Shown: piece by piece, positions 33,900 to 49,209 of the stretch | How positions within the stretch are numbered: the first letter of the stretch is position 1 | Layout of the letters: each line of letters opens with the position of its first letter | Source: Eledone cirrhosa | Lineage: Eukaryota | Assembly: GCA_964016885.1 (NCBI GenBank) | Contig: OZ024744.1 | Location: 120,528,001-120,592,000, forward strand | Reading direction: 5' to 3' | Length of the DNA: 64,000 bases | Made by a program: the position numbers and the translations under genes | Notes under the pieces: generated by a model | What the model was told of the DNA's origin: nothing | The model's input: only the letters and a program-made list of their open reading frames with translations | Database searches by the model: none

Positions 33900-36800
33900 A
33901 GCTGTGATCTCTCAATTTAGAGATTCTTTCCTGAGACATTCTAACCACATGTTATAGTATCAGAGCTGTGATATCTCAATTCAGAGATTCTTTCCTGAGA
34001 CATTCTAATCACATGTCTGTAGTATCAGAGCAGGATGCTCTCAATTCAGAGATTCTTTCCTGTGACATTCTAACCACATGTCATAGTATCGGAGCTGTGA
34101 TCTCTCAATTCAGAGATTCTTTCCTGAGACATTCTAACCACATGTCATAGTATCGGAGCTGTGATCTCTCAATTCAGAGATTCTTTCCTGAGACATTCTA
34201 ACCACATGTCATAGTATCAGAGCTGTGATCTCTTAATTTAGAGATTCTTTCATGAGATATTCTAACCACATGTCCTATTATCGGAGCTGTGATCTCTCAA
34301 TTCAGAGATTCTTTCCTGAGACATTCTAACCACATGTCATATTATTAGAGCTGTGGTCTCTCAATTCAGAGATTCATTCCTGAGAAATTTGAACCACATG
34401 TCTGTAGTATCAGAGCTGTGATCTCTCAATTCAGAGATTCTTTCCTAAGACATTCTAACCACATGTCATAGTATCAGAGCTGTGATCTCTCAACTCAGAG
34501 ATTCTTTCCTGACACATTCTAACTCCATGTCCACAGTATCAGGGCTGTGAACTCTCAATTCAGAGATTCTTTCCTGAGACATTCTAAACAAATGTCATAG
34601 TATCAGAGCTGTGAACTCTCAATTCAGAGTTTCTTTCCTGAGACATTCTAACCACATGTCACAGTATCAGAGCTGTGATCTCTCAATTCAGAGATTCTTT
34701 CCCCAGACATTCTAACCACATCTTATAGTATCAGAGCTGTGATCTCTCAATTCAGAGATTCTTTCCTGAGACATTCTAACCACATGTCATAGTATCAGAG
34801 CTGTGATCTCTCAATTCAGATATTCTTTCCTGCGACATTCTAACCACATGTCATAGGATCAGAGTTGTGATCTCTCAATTCAGAGATTCTTTCCTGAGAT
34901 ATTCTAACCACATGTCATAGTATCACAGCTGTGATATCTCAATTCAGAGATTCTTTCCTGAGACATTCTAACCACATGTCATAGTATTAGAGCTGGGATC
35001 TCTCAATTCAGAGATTCTTTCCTGAGACATTCTAACCACATGTCATAGTATCAGAGCTGTGATCTCTCAATTCAGAGATTCTTTCCTGAGACATTCTAAC
35101 CAGAAGTCATAGTATCAGAGCTGTGATATCTCAATTGAGAGATTCTTTCCTGAGATATGTTAACCACATATCATAGTATCAGAGCTGTCATCTCTCAATT
35201 CAGAGATTCTTTCCTGAGACGTTCTAACCACATGTCATAATATCAGAGTTATGATCTCTCAATTCAGAGATTCTTTCTTGAAACATTCTATCCCCATGTC
35301 TGTAGTATCAGATCTGTGATCTCTCAATTCAGAGATTCTTTCCTGATACATTCTAACCACATGTCATAGTATCAGAGCTGTGATCTCTTTATTCAGAGAT
35401 TCTTTCCTGAGACATTCTAACCACATGTCATAGTATCAGTGCTGTGATCTCTCAATTCAGAGATTCTTTCCTGAGATATTCTAAACACATGTCATAGTAT
35501 CAGATCTGTGATATCTCAATTCAGAGATTCTTTCTTGAGACATTCCAACTCCATGTCCACATTATCAGAGCTGTGAACTCTCAATTCAGAGATTCTTTCC
35601 TGAGACAATCTAACCACATGTCATAGTATCAGAGCTGTGATCTCTCAATTCAGAGATTCTTTCCTGAGACATTCTAACCACATGTCACAGTATCAGAGCT
35701 GTGATCTCTCAGTTCAGAGATTCTTTCCTCAGACATTCTAACCACATCTCATAGTATCAGAGCTGTGATCTCTGAATTCAGAGATTCTTTCCTGACACGT
35801 TCTAACCACATGTCATAGTATCAGAGCTGTGATCTCTCAATTCAGATATTCTTTCCTGAGACATTCTAACCACATGTCATAGGATCAGAGTTGTGATCTC
35901 TCAATTCAGAGATTCTTTCCTGAGATATTCTAACCACATGTCATAGTATCACAGCTGTGATATCTCAATTCAGAGATTCTTTCCTGAGACATTCTAACCA
36001 CATGTCATAGTATTAGAGCTGGGATCTCTCAATTCAGAGATTCTTTCCTGAGACATTCTAACCACATGTCATAGTATCAGAGCTGTGATCTCTCTATTTA
36101 GAGATTCTTTCCTGAGACATTCTAACCACATGTTATAGTATCAGAGCTGTGATATCTCAATTCAGAGATTCTTTCCTGAGACATTCTAATCACATGTCTG
36201 TAGTATCAGAGCAGGATGCTCTCAATTCAGAGATTCTTTCCTGTGACATTCTAACCACATGTCATAGTATCGGAGCTGTGATCTCTCAATTCAGAGATTC
36301 TTTCCTGAGACATTCTAACCACATGTCATAGTATCGGAGCTGTGATCTCTCAATTCAGAGATTCTTTCCTGAGACATTCTAACCACATGTCATAGTATCA
36401 GAGCTGTGATCTCTTAATTTAGAGATTCTTTCATGAGATATTCTAACCACATGTCCTATTATCGGAGCTGTGATCTCTCAATTCAGAGATTCTTTCCTGA
36501 GACATTCTAACCACATGTCATATTATTAGAGCTGTGGTCTCTCAATTCAGAGATTCATTCCTGAGAAATTTGAACCACATGTCTGTAGTATCAGAGCTGT
36601 GATCTCTCAATTCAGAGATTCTTTCCTAAGACATTCTAACCACATGTCATAGTATCAGAGCTGTGATCTCTCAACTCAGAGATTCTTTCCTGACACATTC
36701 TAACTCCATGTCCACAGTATCAGGGCTGTGAACTCTCAATTCAGAGATTCTTTCCTGAGACATTCTAAACAAATGTCATAGTATCAGAGCTGTGAACTCT

Positions 36801-38270
36801 CAATTCAGAGTTTCTTTCCTGAGACATTCTAACCACATGTCACAGTATCAGAGCTGTGATCTCTCAATTCAGAGATTCTTTCCCCAGACATTCTAACCAC
36901 ATCTTATAGTATCAGAGCTGTGATCTCTCAATTCAGAGATTCTTTCCTGAGACATTCTAACCACATGTCATAGTATCAGAGCTGTGATCTCTCAATTCAG
37001 ATATTCTTTCCTGCGACATTCTAACCACATGTCATAGGATCAGAGTTGTGATCTCTCAATTCAGAGATTCTTTCCTGAGATATTCTAACCACATGTCATA
37101 GTATCACGGCTGTGATATCTCAATTCAGAGATTCTTTCCTGACACATTCTAACCACATGTCATAGTATTAGAGCTGGGATCTCTCAATTCAGAGATTCTT
37201 TCCTGAGACATTCTAACCACATGTCATAGTATCAGAGCTGTGATCTCTCAATTCAGAGATTCTTTCCTGAGACATTCTAACCAGAAGTCATAGTATCAGA
37301 GCTGTGATATCTCAATTGAGAGATTCTTTCCTGAGATATGTTAACCACATATCATAGTATCAGAGCTGTCATCTCTCAATTCAGAGATTCTTTCCTGAGA
37401 CGTTCTAACCACATGTCATAATATCAGAGTTATGATCTCTCAATTCAGAGATTCTTTCTTGAAACATTCTATCCCCATGTCTGTAGTATCAGATCTGTGA
37501 TCTCTCAATTCAGAGATTCTTTCCTGATACATTCTAACCACATGTCATAGTATCAGAGCTGTGATCTCTTTATTCAGAGATTCTTTCCTGAGACATTCTA
37601 ACCACATGTCATAGTATCAGTGCTGTGATCTCTCAATTCAGAGATTCTTTCCTGAGATATTCTAAACACATGTCATAGTATCAGATCTGTGATATCTCAA
37701 TTCAGAGATTCTTTCTTGAGACATTCCAACTCCATGTCCACATTATCAGAGCTGTGAACTCTCAATTCAGAGATTCTTTCCTGAGACAATCTAACCACAT
37801 GTCATAGTATCAGAGCTGTGATCTCTCAATTCAGAGATTCTTTCCTGAGACATTCTAACCACATGTCACAGTATCAGAGCTGTGATCTCTCAGTTCAGAG
37901 ATTCTTTCCTCAGACATTCTAACCACATCTCATAGTATCAGAGCTGTGATCTCTGAATTCAGAGATTCTTTCCTGACACGTTCTAACCACATGTCATAGT
38001 ATCAGAGCTGTGATCTCTCAATTCAGATATTCTTTCCTGAGACATTCTAACCACATGTCATAGGATCAGAGTTGTGATCTCTCAATTCAGAGATTCTTTC
38101 CTGAGATATTCTAACCACATGTCATAGTATCACAGCTGTGATATCTCAATTCAGAGATTCTTTCCTGAGACATTCTAACCACATGTCATAGTATTAGAGC
38201 TGGGATCTCTCAATTCAGAGATTCTTTCCTGAGACATTCTAACCACATGTCATAGTATCAGAGCTGTGAT
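33900..38270. repeat. Near-perfect tandem duplication of a 2181-bp block (34 monomers)
   Basis: Identical ORF-track entries at 33968/36149; tcagggctg 34539/36720; GAATTC 35774/37955; cacagctg 35950/38131. Confidence 0.93.
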
Positions 38271-41200
38271 CTCTCAATTCAGAGATTCTTTCCTGAGACG
38301 TTCTAACCACAAGTCATAGTATCAGAGCTGTGATATCTCAATTCAGAGATTCTTTCCTGAGATATGTTAACCACATATCATAGTATCAGAGCTGTCATCT
38401 CTCAATTCAGAGATTCTTTCCTGAGACGTTCTAACCACATGTCATAATATCAGAGTTATGATCTCTCAATTCAGAGATTCTTTCTTGAAACATTCTAACC
38501 CCATGTCTGTAGTATCAGATCTGTGATCTCTCAATTCAGAGATTCTTTCCTGATACATTCTAACCACATGTCATAGTATCAGAGCTGTGATCTCTTTATT
38601 CAGAGATTCTTTCCTGAGACATTCTAACCACATGTCATATTATCAGTGCTGTGATCTCTCAATTCAGAGATTCTTTCCTGAGATATTCTAACCACATGTC
38701 ATAGTATCAGATCTGTGATATCTCAATTCAGAGATTCTTTCTTGAGACATTCCAACTCCATGTCCACATTATCAGAGCTGTGAACTCTCAATTCAGAGAT
38801 TCTTTCCTGAGACAATCTAACCACATGTCATAGTATCAGAGCTGTGATCTCTCAATTCAGAGATTCTTTCCTGAGACATTCTAACCACATGTCACAGTAT
38901 CAGAGCTGTGATCTCTCAGTTCAGAGATTCTTTCCTCAGACATTCTAACCACATCTCATAGTATCAGAGCTGTGATCTCTGAATTCAGAGATTCTTTCCT
39001 GACACATTCTAACCACATGTCATAGTATCAGAGCTGTGATCTCTCAATTCAGATATTCTTTCCTGAGACATTCTAACCACATGTCATAGGATCAGAGTTG
39101 TGATCTCCCAATTCAGAGATTCTTTCCTAAGATATTCTAACCACATGTCATAGTATCAGGTCTGTGATCTCTCAAATCAGAGATTCTTTCCTGAGACATT
39201 CTAACCACATGTCATAGTATTAGAGCTGGGATCTCTCAATTCAGAGATTCTTTCCTGAGACATTCTAACCACATGTCATAGTATCAGAGCTGTGATCTCT
39301 CAATTCAGAGATTCTTTCCTGAGACATTCTAGCCACAAGTCATAGTATCAGAGCTGTGATATCTCAATTGAGAGATTCTTTCCTGACATATGTTAACCAC
39401 ATATCATAGTATCAGAGATGTCATCTCTCAATTCAGAGATTCTTTCCTGAGACGTTCTAACCACATGTCATAATATCAGAGCTATGATCTCTCAATTCAG
39501 AGATTCTTTCCTGAAACATTCTAACCACATGTATGTAGTATCAGAGCTGTGATCTCTCAATTCAGAGATTCTTTCATGATACATTCTAACCACATGTCAT
39601 AGTATCAGAACTGTGATCTCTCAATTCAGAGATTCTTTCCTGAGACATTCTAACCAGATGTCATAGTATTAGAGCTGTGATCTCTCAATTCAGAGATTCT
39701 TTCCTGAGAAATTCTAACCACATGTCTGTAGTATCAGAGCTGTGATCTCACAATTCAGAGATTCTTTCCTGAGACATTCTAATTCCATGTCCACAGTATC
39801 AGTGCTGTGATCTCTCAATTCAGAGATTCTTTCCTGAGACATTCTAACCACATGTCATAGTATCAGAGCTGTGATCTCTCAATTCAGAGATTCTTTCCTA
39901 GGATATTCTAACCACATGTCATAGTATCAGAGCTGTGATCTCTCAACTCAGAGATTCTTTCCTGAGACATTCTAACCACATGTCATAGTATTAGAGCTGT
40001 GATCTCTCAATTCAGAGATTCTTTCCTGAGACATTCTTACCACATGTCATTTTATCAGAGCTGTGATCTCTTAAATTTAGAGATTCTTTCCTGAGACATT
40101 CTAACCACATGTCATATTATCAGAGCTATGATATCTCAATTCAGAGATTCTTTCCTGAGACATTCTAACCACATGTCATAGTATCAGAGCTGTGATTTCT
40201 CAATTTAGATATTCTTTCCTGAGACATTCTAACCACATGTCATAGTATCGGAGCTGTGATCTCTCAATTCAGAGATTCTTTCCTGAGACATTCTAACCAC
40301 ATGTCATAGTATCAGAGTTGTTATCTCTCAATTCAGAGATTCTTTCCTGAGATATTCTAACCACATGTCATAGTATCAGAGCTGTGATCTCTCAATTCAG
40401 AGATTCTTTCCTGATACATTCTAACTACATGTCATAGTATCAGAGCTGTGATCTCTCAATTCAGAGATTCTTTCCTGAGACATTCTAACTACATGTCATA
40501 GTATCAGTGCTGTGATCTCTCAATTCAGAGATTCTTTCCTGAGATATTCTAACCACATGTCATAGTATCAGAACTGTGATATCTCAATTCAGAGATTCTT
40601 TCCTCAGCCATTATAACCACATCTCATAGTATCAGATTTGTGATCTCTCAATTCAGAGATTCTTTCCTGAGACATTCTAACCACATGTCATAGTATCAGA
40701 GCTATGATATCTCAATTCAGAGATTCTTTCCTGAGACATTCTAACCACATGTCATAGTATCAGAGCTGTGATTTCTCAATTTAGATATTCTTTCCTGAGA
40801 CATTCTAACCACATGTCATAGGATCAGAGTTGTGATCTCTCAATTCAGAGATTCTTTCCTAAGATATTCTAACCACATGTCATATTATCAGAGCTGTGAT
40901 CTCTCAATTCAGAGATTCTTTCCTGAGACGTTCTAACCACATGTCATAATATTAGAGCTGGGATCTCTCAATTCAGAGATTCTTTCCTGACACATTCTAA
41001 CCACATGTATGTAGTATCAGAGCTGTGATCTCTCAATTCAGAGATTCTTTCCTGAGACATTCTAACCACATCTCATAGTATCAGAGCTGTGATCTCTCAA
41101 TTCAGGGATTCTTTCCTGAGACATTCTAGCCACAAGTCATAGTATCAGAGCTGTGATATCTCAATTGAGAGATTCTTTCCTGAGATATGTTAACCACATA

Positions 41201-44200
41201 TCATAGTACCAGAGCTGTCATCTCTCAATTCAGAGATTCTTTCCTGAGACGTTCTAACCACATGTCATAATATCAGAGCTATGATCTCTCAATTCAGAGA
41301 TTCTTTCCTGAGAAATTCTAACCACATGTCTGTAGTATCAGAGCTGTGATCTCACAATTCAGAGATTCTTTCCTGAGACATTCTAATTCCATGTCCACAT
41401 TATCAGTGCTGTGATCTCTCAATTCAGAGATTCTTTCATGAGACATTCTAACCACATGTCATATTATCAGAGCTATGATATCTCAATTCAAAGATTCTTT
41501 CCTGAGACATTCTAACCACATGTCATAGTATCAGAGCTGTGATTTCTCAATTTAGATATTCTTTCCTGAGACATTCTAACCACATGTCATAGTATCGGAG
41601 CTGTGATCTCTCAATTCAGAGATTCTTTCCTGAGACATTCTAACCACATGTCATAGTATCAGAGTTGTGATCTCTCAATTCAGAGATTCTTTCCTGAGAT
41701 ATTCTAACCACATGTCATAGTATCAGAGCTGTGATCTCTCAATTCAGAGATTCTTTCCTGAGACATTCTAACCACATGTCATAGTATTAGAGCTGGGATC
41801 TCTCAATTCAGAGACTCTTTCCTGAGACATTCTAACCACATGTCATAGTATCAGAGCTGTGATCTCTCAATTCAGAGATTCTTTCCTGAGACATTCTAAC
41901 CACAAGTCATAGTATCAGAGCTGTGATATCTCAATTGAGAGATTCTTTCCTGAGATATGTTAACCACATATCATAGTATCAGAGCTGTCATCTCTCAATT
42001 CAGAGATTCTTTCATGAGACATTCTAACCACATGTCATAGTATCAGAGTTGTGATCTCTCAATTCAGAGATTCTTTCCTGAGATATTCTAACCACATGTC
42101 ATAGTATCAGAGCTGTGATCTCACAAATCAGAGATTCTTTCCTGAGACATTCTAATTCCATGTCCACAGTATCAGAGCTGTGATCTCTCAGTTCAGAGAT
42201 TCTTTCCTCAGACATTCTAACCACATCTCATAGTATCAGAGCTGTGATCTCTGAATTCAGAGATTCTTTCCTGACACGTTCTAACCACATGTCATATTAT
42301 CAGAGCTGTGATCTCTCAATTCAGATATTCTTTCCTGAGACATTCTAACCACATGTCATAGGATCAGAGTTGTGATCTCTCAATTCAGAGATTCTTTCCT
42401 GAGATATTCTAACCACATGTCATAGTATCACAGCTGTGATATCTCAATTCAGAGATTCTTTCCTGAGACATTCTAACCACATGTCATAGTATTAGAGCTG
42501 GGATCTCTCAATTCAGAGATTCTTTCCTGAGACATTCTAACCACATGTCATAGTATCAGAGCTGTGATCTCTCAATTCAGAGATTCTTTCCTGAGACGTT
42601 CTAACCACAAGTCATAGTATCAGAGCTGTGATATCTCAATTGAGAGATTCTTTCCTGAGATATGTTAACCACATATCATAGTATCAGAGCTGTCATCTCT
42701 CAATTCAGAGATTCTTTCCTGAGACGTTCTAACCACATGTCATAATATCAGAGTTATGATCTCTCAATTCAGAGATTCTTTCTTGAAACATTCTAACCCC
42801 ATGTCTGTAGTATCAGATCTGTGATCTCTCAATTCAGAGATTCTTTCCTGATACATTCTAACCACATGTCATAGTATCAGAGCTGTGATCTCTTTATTCA
42901 GAGATTCTTTCCTGAGACATTCTAACCACATGTCATATTATCAGTGCTGTGATCTCTCAATTCAGAGATTCTTTCCTGAGATATTCTAACCACATGTCAT
43001 AGTATCAGATCTGTGATATCTCAATTCAGAGATTCTTTCTTGAGACATTCCAACTCCATGTCCACATTATCAGAGCTGTGAACTCTCAATTCAGAGATTC
43101 TTTCCTGAGACAATCTAACCACATGTCATAGTATCAGAGCTGTGATCTCTCAATTCAGAGATTCTTTCCTGAGACATTCTAACCACATGTCACAGTATCA
43201 GAGCTGTGATCTCTCAGTTCAGAGATTCTTTCCTCAGACATTCTAACCACATCTCATAGTATCAGAGCTGTGATCTCTGAATTCAGAGATTCTTTCCTGA
43301 CACATTCTAACCACATGTCATAGTATCAGAGCTGTGATCTCTCAATTCAGATATTCTTTCCTGAGACATTCTAACCACATGTCATAGGATCAGAGTTGTG
43401 ATCTCCCAATTCAGAGATTCTTTCCTAAGATATTCTAACCACATGTCATAGTATCAGGTCTGTGATCTCTCAAATCAGAGATTCTTTCCTGAGACATTCT
43501 AACCACATGTCATAGTATTAGAGCTGGGATCTCTCAATTCAGAGATTCTTTCCTGAGACATTCTAACCACATGTCATAGTATCAGAGCTGTGATCTCTCA
43601 ATTCAGAGATTCTTTCCTGAGACATTCTAGCCACAAGTCATAGTATCAGAGCTGTGATATCTCAATTGAGAGATTCTTTCCTGACATATGTTAACCACAT
43701 ATCATAGTATCAGAGCTGTCATCTCTCAATTCAGAGATTCTTTCCTGAGACGTTCTAACCACATGTCATAATATCAGAGCTATGATCTCTCAATTCAGAG
43801 ATTCTTTCCTGAAACATTCTAACCACATGTATGTAGTATCAGAGCTGTGATCTCTCAATTCAGAGATTCTTTCATGATACATTCTAACCACATGTCATAG
43901 TATCAGAACTGTGATCTCTCAATTCAGAGATTCTTTCCTGAGACATTCTAACCAGATGTCATAGTATTAGAGCTGTGATCTCTCAATTCAGAGATTCTTT
44001 CCTGAGAAATTCTAACCACATGTCTGTAGTATCAGAGCTGTGATCTCACAATTCAGAGATTCTTTCCTGAGACATTCTAATTCCATGTCCACAGTATCAG
44101 TGCTGTGATCTCTCAATTCAGAGATTCTTTCCTGAGACATTCTAACCACATGTCATAGTATCAGAGCTGTGATCTCTCAATTCAGAGATTCTTTCCTAGG

Positions 44201-47000
44201 ATATTCTAACCACATGTCATAGTATCAGAGCTGTGATCTCTCAACTCAGAGATTCTTTCCTGAGACATTCTAACCACATGTCATAGTATTAGAGCTGTGA
44301 TCTCTCAATTCAGAGATTCTTTCCTGAGACATTCTTACCACATGTCATTTTATCAGAGCTGTGATCTCTTAAATTTAGAGATTCTTTCCTGAGACATTCT
44401 AACCACATGTCATATTATCAGAGCTATGATATCTCAATTCAGAGATTCTTTCCTGAGACATTCTAACCACATGTCATAGTATCAGAGCTGTGATTTCTCA
44501 ATTTAGATATTCTTTCCTGAGACATTCTAACCACATGTCATAGTATCGGAGCTGTGATCTCTCAATTCAGAGATTCTTTCCTGAGACATTCTAACCACAT
44601 GTCATAGTATCAGAGTTGTGATCTCTCAATTCAGAGATTCTTTCCTGAGATATTCTAACCACATGTCATAGTATCAGAGCTGTGATCTCTCAATTCAGAG
44701 ATTCTTTCCTGAGACATTCTAACCACATGTCATAGTATTAGAGCTGGGATCTCTCAATTCAGAGATTCTTTCCTGAGACATTCTAACCACATGTCATAGT
44801 ATCAGAGCTGTGATCTCTCAATTCAGAGATTCTTTCCTGAGACATTCTAACCACAAGTCATAGTATCAGAGCTGTGATATCTCAATTGAGAGATTCTTTC
44901 CTGAGATATGTTAACCACATATCATAGTATCAGAGCTGTCATCTCTCAATTCAGAGATTCTTTCATGAGACATTCTAACCACATGTCATAGTATCAGAGT
45001 TGTGATCTCTCAATTCAGAGATTCTTTCCTGAGATATTCTAACCACATGTCATAGTATCAGAGCTGTGATCTCACAAATCAGAGATTCTTTCCTGAGACA
45101 TTCTAATTCCATGTCCACAGTATCAGAGCTGTGATCTCTCAGTTCAGAGATTCTTTCCTCAGACATTCTAACCACATCTCATAGTATCAGAGCTGTGATC
45201 TCTGAATTCAGAGATTCTTTCCTGACACGTTCTAACCACATGTCATAGTATCAGAGCTGTGATCTCTCAATTCAGATATTCTTTCCTGAGACATTCTAAC
45301 CACATGTCATAGGATCAGAGTTGTGATCTCTCAATTCAGAGATTCTTTCCTGAGATATTCTAACCACATGTCATAGTATCACAGCTGTGATATCTCAATT
45401 CAGAGATTCTTTCCTGAGACATTCTAACCACATGTCATAGTATTAGAGCTGGGATCTCTCAATTCAGAGATTCTTTCCTGAGACATTCTAACCACATGTC
45501 ATAGTATCAGAGCTGTGATCTCTCAATTCAGAGATTCTTTCCTGAGACGTTCTAACCACAAGTCATAGTATCAGAGCTGTGATATCTCAATTGAGAGATT
45601 CTTTCCTGAGATATGTTAACCACATATCATAGTATCAGAGCTGTCATCTCTCAATTCAGAGATTCTTTCCTGAGACGTTCTAACCACATGTCATATTATC
45701 AGAGTTATGATCTCTCAATTCAGAGATTCTTTCTTGAAACATTCTAACCCCATGTCTGTAGTATCAGATCTGTGATCTCTCAATTCAGAGATTCTTTCCT
45801 GATACATTCTAACCACATGTCATAGTATCAGAGCTGTGATCTCTTTATTCAGAGATTCTTTCCTGAGACATTCTAACCACATGTCATATTATCAGTGCTG
45901 TGATCTCTCAATTCAGAGATTCTTTCCTGAGATATTCTAACCACATGTCATAGTATCAGATCTGTGATATCTCAATTCAGAGATTCTTTCTTGAGACATT
46001 CCAACTCCATGTCCACATTATCAGAGCTGTGAACTCTCAATTCAGAGATTCTTTCCTGAGACAATCTAACCACATGTCATAGTATCAGAGCTGTGATCTC
46101 TCAATTCAGAGATTCTTTCCTGAGACATTCTAACCACATGTCACAGTATCAGAGCTGTGATCTCTCAGTTCAGAGATTCTTTCCTCAGACATTCTAACCA
46201 CATCTCATAGTATCAGAGCTGTGATCTCTGAATTCAGAGATTCTTTCCTGACACATTCTAACCACATGTCATAGTATCAGAGCTGTGATCTCTCAATTCA
46301 GATATTCTTTCCTGAGACATTCTAACCACATGTCATAGGATCAGAGTTGTGATCTCCCAATTCAGAGATTCTTTCCTAAGATATTCTAACCACATGTCAT
46401 AGTATCAGGTCTGTGATCTCTCAAATCAGAGATTCTTTCCTGAGACATTCTAACCACATGTCATAGTATTAGAGCTGGGATCTCTCAATTCAGAGATTCT
46501 TTCCTGAGACATTCTAACCACATGTCATAGTATCAGAGCTGTGATCTCTCAATTCAGAGATTCTTTCCTGAGACATTCTAGCCACAAGTCATAGTATCAG
46601 AGCTGTGATATCTCAATTGAGAGATTCTTTCCTGACATATGTTAACCACATATCATAGTATCAGAGCTGTCATCTCTCAATTCAGAGATTCTTTCCTGAG
46701 ACGTTCTAACCACATGTCATAATATCAGAGCTATGATCTCTCAATTCAGAGATTCTTTCCTGAAACATTCTAACCACATGTATGTAGTATCAGAGCTGTG
46801 ATCTCTCAATTCAGAGATTCTTTCATGATACATTCTAACCACATGTCATAGTATCAGAACTGTGATCTCTCAATTCAGAGATTCTTTCCTGAGACATTCT
46901 AACCAGATGTCATAGTATTAGAGCTGTGATCTCTCAATTCAGAGATTCTTTCCTGAGAAATTCTAACCACATGTCTGTAGTATCAGAGCTGTGATCTCAC
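37300..47000. repeat. Region with a local 16-monomer (1026-bp) higher-order periodicity
   Basis: Marker monomer at 37335/38361/39387, 42659/43685 and 45610/46636; GAATTC pairs 37955/38981, 42253/43279 and 45204/46230; each spaced 1026 bp. Confidence 0.8.
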
Positions 47001-47560
47001 AATTCAGAGATTCTTTCCTGAGACATTCTAATTCCATGTCCACAGTATCAGTGCTGTGATCTCTCAATTCAGAGATTCTTTCCTGAGACATTCTAACCAC
47101 ATGTCATAGTATCAGAGCTGTGATCTCTCAATTCAGAGATTCTTTCCTAGGATATTCTAACCACATGTCATAGTATCAGAGCTGTGATCTCTCAACTCAG
47201 AGATTCTTTCCTGAGACATTCTAACCACATGTCATAGTATTAGAGCTGTGATCTCTCAATTCAGAGATTCTTTCCTGAGACATTCTTACCACATGTCATT
47301 TTATCAGAGCTGTGATCTCTTAAATTTAGAGATTCTTTCCTGAGACATTCTAACCACATGTCATATTATCAGAGCTATGATATCTCAATTCAGAGATTCT
47401 TTCCTGAGACATTCTAACCACATGTCATAGTATCAGAGCTGTGATTTCTCAATTTAGATATTCTTTCCTGAGACATTCTAACCACATGTCATAGTATCGG
47501 AGCTGTGATCTCTCAATTCAGAGATTCTTTCCTGAGACATTCTAACCACATGTCATAGTA
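41450..47560. repeat. Near-perfect tandem duplication of a 2951-bp block (46 monomers)
   Basis: gatttctcaa 41541/44492/47443, tcacaaatc 42121/45072, GAATTC 42253/45204, atctcccaa 43401/46352, catttt 44346/47297. Confidence 0.92.
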
Positions 47561-49209
47561 TCAGAGTTGTTATCTCTCAATTCAGAGATTCTTTCCTGAG
47601 ATATTCTAACCACATGTCATAGTATCAGAGCTGTGATCTCTCAATTCAGAGATTCTTTCCTGAGACATTCTAACCACATGTCATAGTATCAGAGCTGTGA
47701 TTTCTCAATTTAGATATTCTTTCCTGAGACATTCTAACCACATGTCATAGTATCGGAGCTGTGATCTCTCAATTCAGAGATTCTTTCCTGAGACATTCTA
47801 ACCACATGTCATAGTATCAGAGCTATGATATCTCAATTCAGAGATTCTTTCCTGAGACATTCTAACCACATGTCATAGTATCAGAGCTGTGATTTCTCAA
47901 TTTAGATATTCTTTCCTGAGACATTCTAACCACATGTCATAGGATCAGAGTTGTGATCTCTCAATTCAGAGATTCTTTCCTAAGATATTCTAACCACATG
48001 TCATATTATCAGAGCTGTGATCTCTCAATTCAGAGATTCTTTCCTGAGACGTTCTAACCACATGTCATAATATTAGAGCTGGGATCTCTCAATTCAGAGA
48101 TTCTTTCCTGACACATTCTAACCACATGTATGTAGTATCAGAGCTGTGATCTCTCAATTCAGAGATTCTTTCCTGAGACATTCTAACCACATCTCATAGT
48201 ATCAGAGCTGTGATCTCTCAATTCAGGGATTCTTTCCTGAGACATTCTAGCCACAAGTCATAGTATCAGAGCTGTGATATCTCAATTGAGAGATTCTTTC
48301 CTGAGATATGTTAACCACATATCATAGTACCAGAGCTGTCATCTCTCAATTCAGAGATTCTTTCCTGAGACGTTCTAACCACATGTCATAATATCAGAGC
48401 TATGATCTCTCAATTCAGAGATTCTTTCCTGAGAAATTCTAACCACATGTCTGTAGTATCAGAGCTGTGATCTCACAATTCAGAGATTCTTTCCTGAGAC
48501 ATTCTAATTCCATGTCCACATTATCAGTGCTGTGATCTCTCAATTCAGAGATTCTTTCATGAGACATTCTAACCACATGTCATATTATCAGAGCTATGAT
48601 ATCTCAATTCAAAGATTCTTTCCTGAGACATTCTAACCACATGTCATAGTATCAGAGCTGTGATTTCTCAATTTAGATATTCTTTCCTGAGACATTCTAA
48701 CCACATGTCATAGTATCGGAGCTGTGATCTCTCAATTCAGAGATTCTTTCCTGAGACATTCTAACCACATGTCATAGTATCAGAGTTGTGATCTCTCAAT
48801 TCAGAGATTCTTTCCTGAGATATTCTAACCACATGTCATAGTATCAGAGCTGTGATCTCTCAATTCAGAGATTCTTTCCTGAGACATTCTAACCACATGT
48901 CATAGTATTAGAGCTGGGATCTCTCAATTCAGAGATTCTTTCCTGAGACATTCTAACCACATGTCATAGTATCAGAGCTGTGATCTCTCAATTCAGAGAT
49001 TCTTTCCTGAGACATTCTAACCACAAGTCATAGTATCAGAGCTGTGATATCTCAATTGAGAGATTCTTTCCTGAGATATGTTAACCACATATCATAGTAT
49101 CAGAGCTGTCATCTCTCAATTCAGAGATTCTTTCATGAGACATTCTAACCACATGTCATAGTATCAGAGTTGTGATCTCTCAATTCAGAGATTCTTTCCT
49201 GAGATATTC

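Noticed and set aside
1343-36331. Six 60-65 aa ORFs (MISQFRDSFLRHSNHMS...) at 1343, 14132, 15994, 33581, 33968 and 36149
   Set aside because: They are GTG-started read-throughs of about three monomers. They arise where a 65-bp plus a 64-bp unit (129 bp, 43 codons) coincides with loss of TGA stops (to TGC, TGT or GGA). Sister copies (e.g. ~11440, ~23560, ~26200) keep the stop. The 64-bp period is not a multiple of 3 and I recognise no domain.
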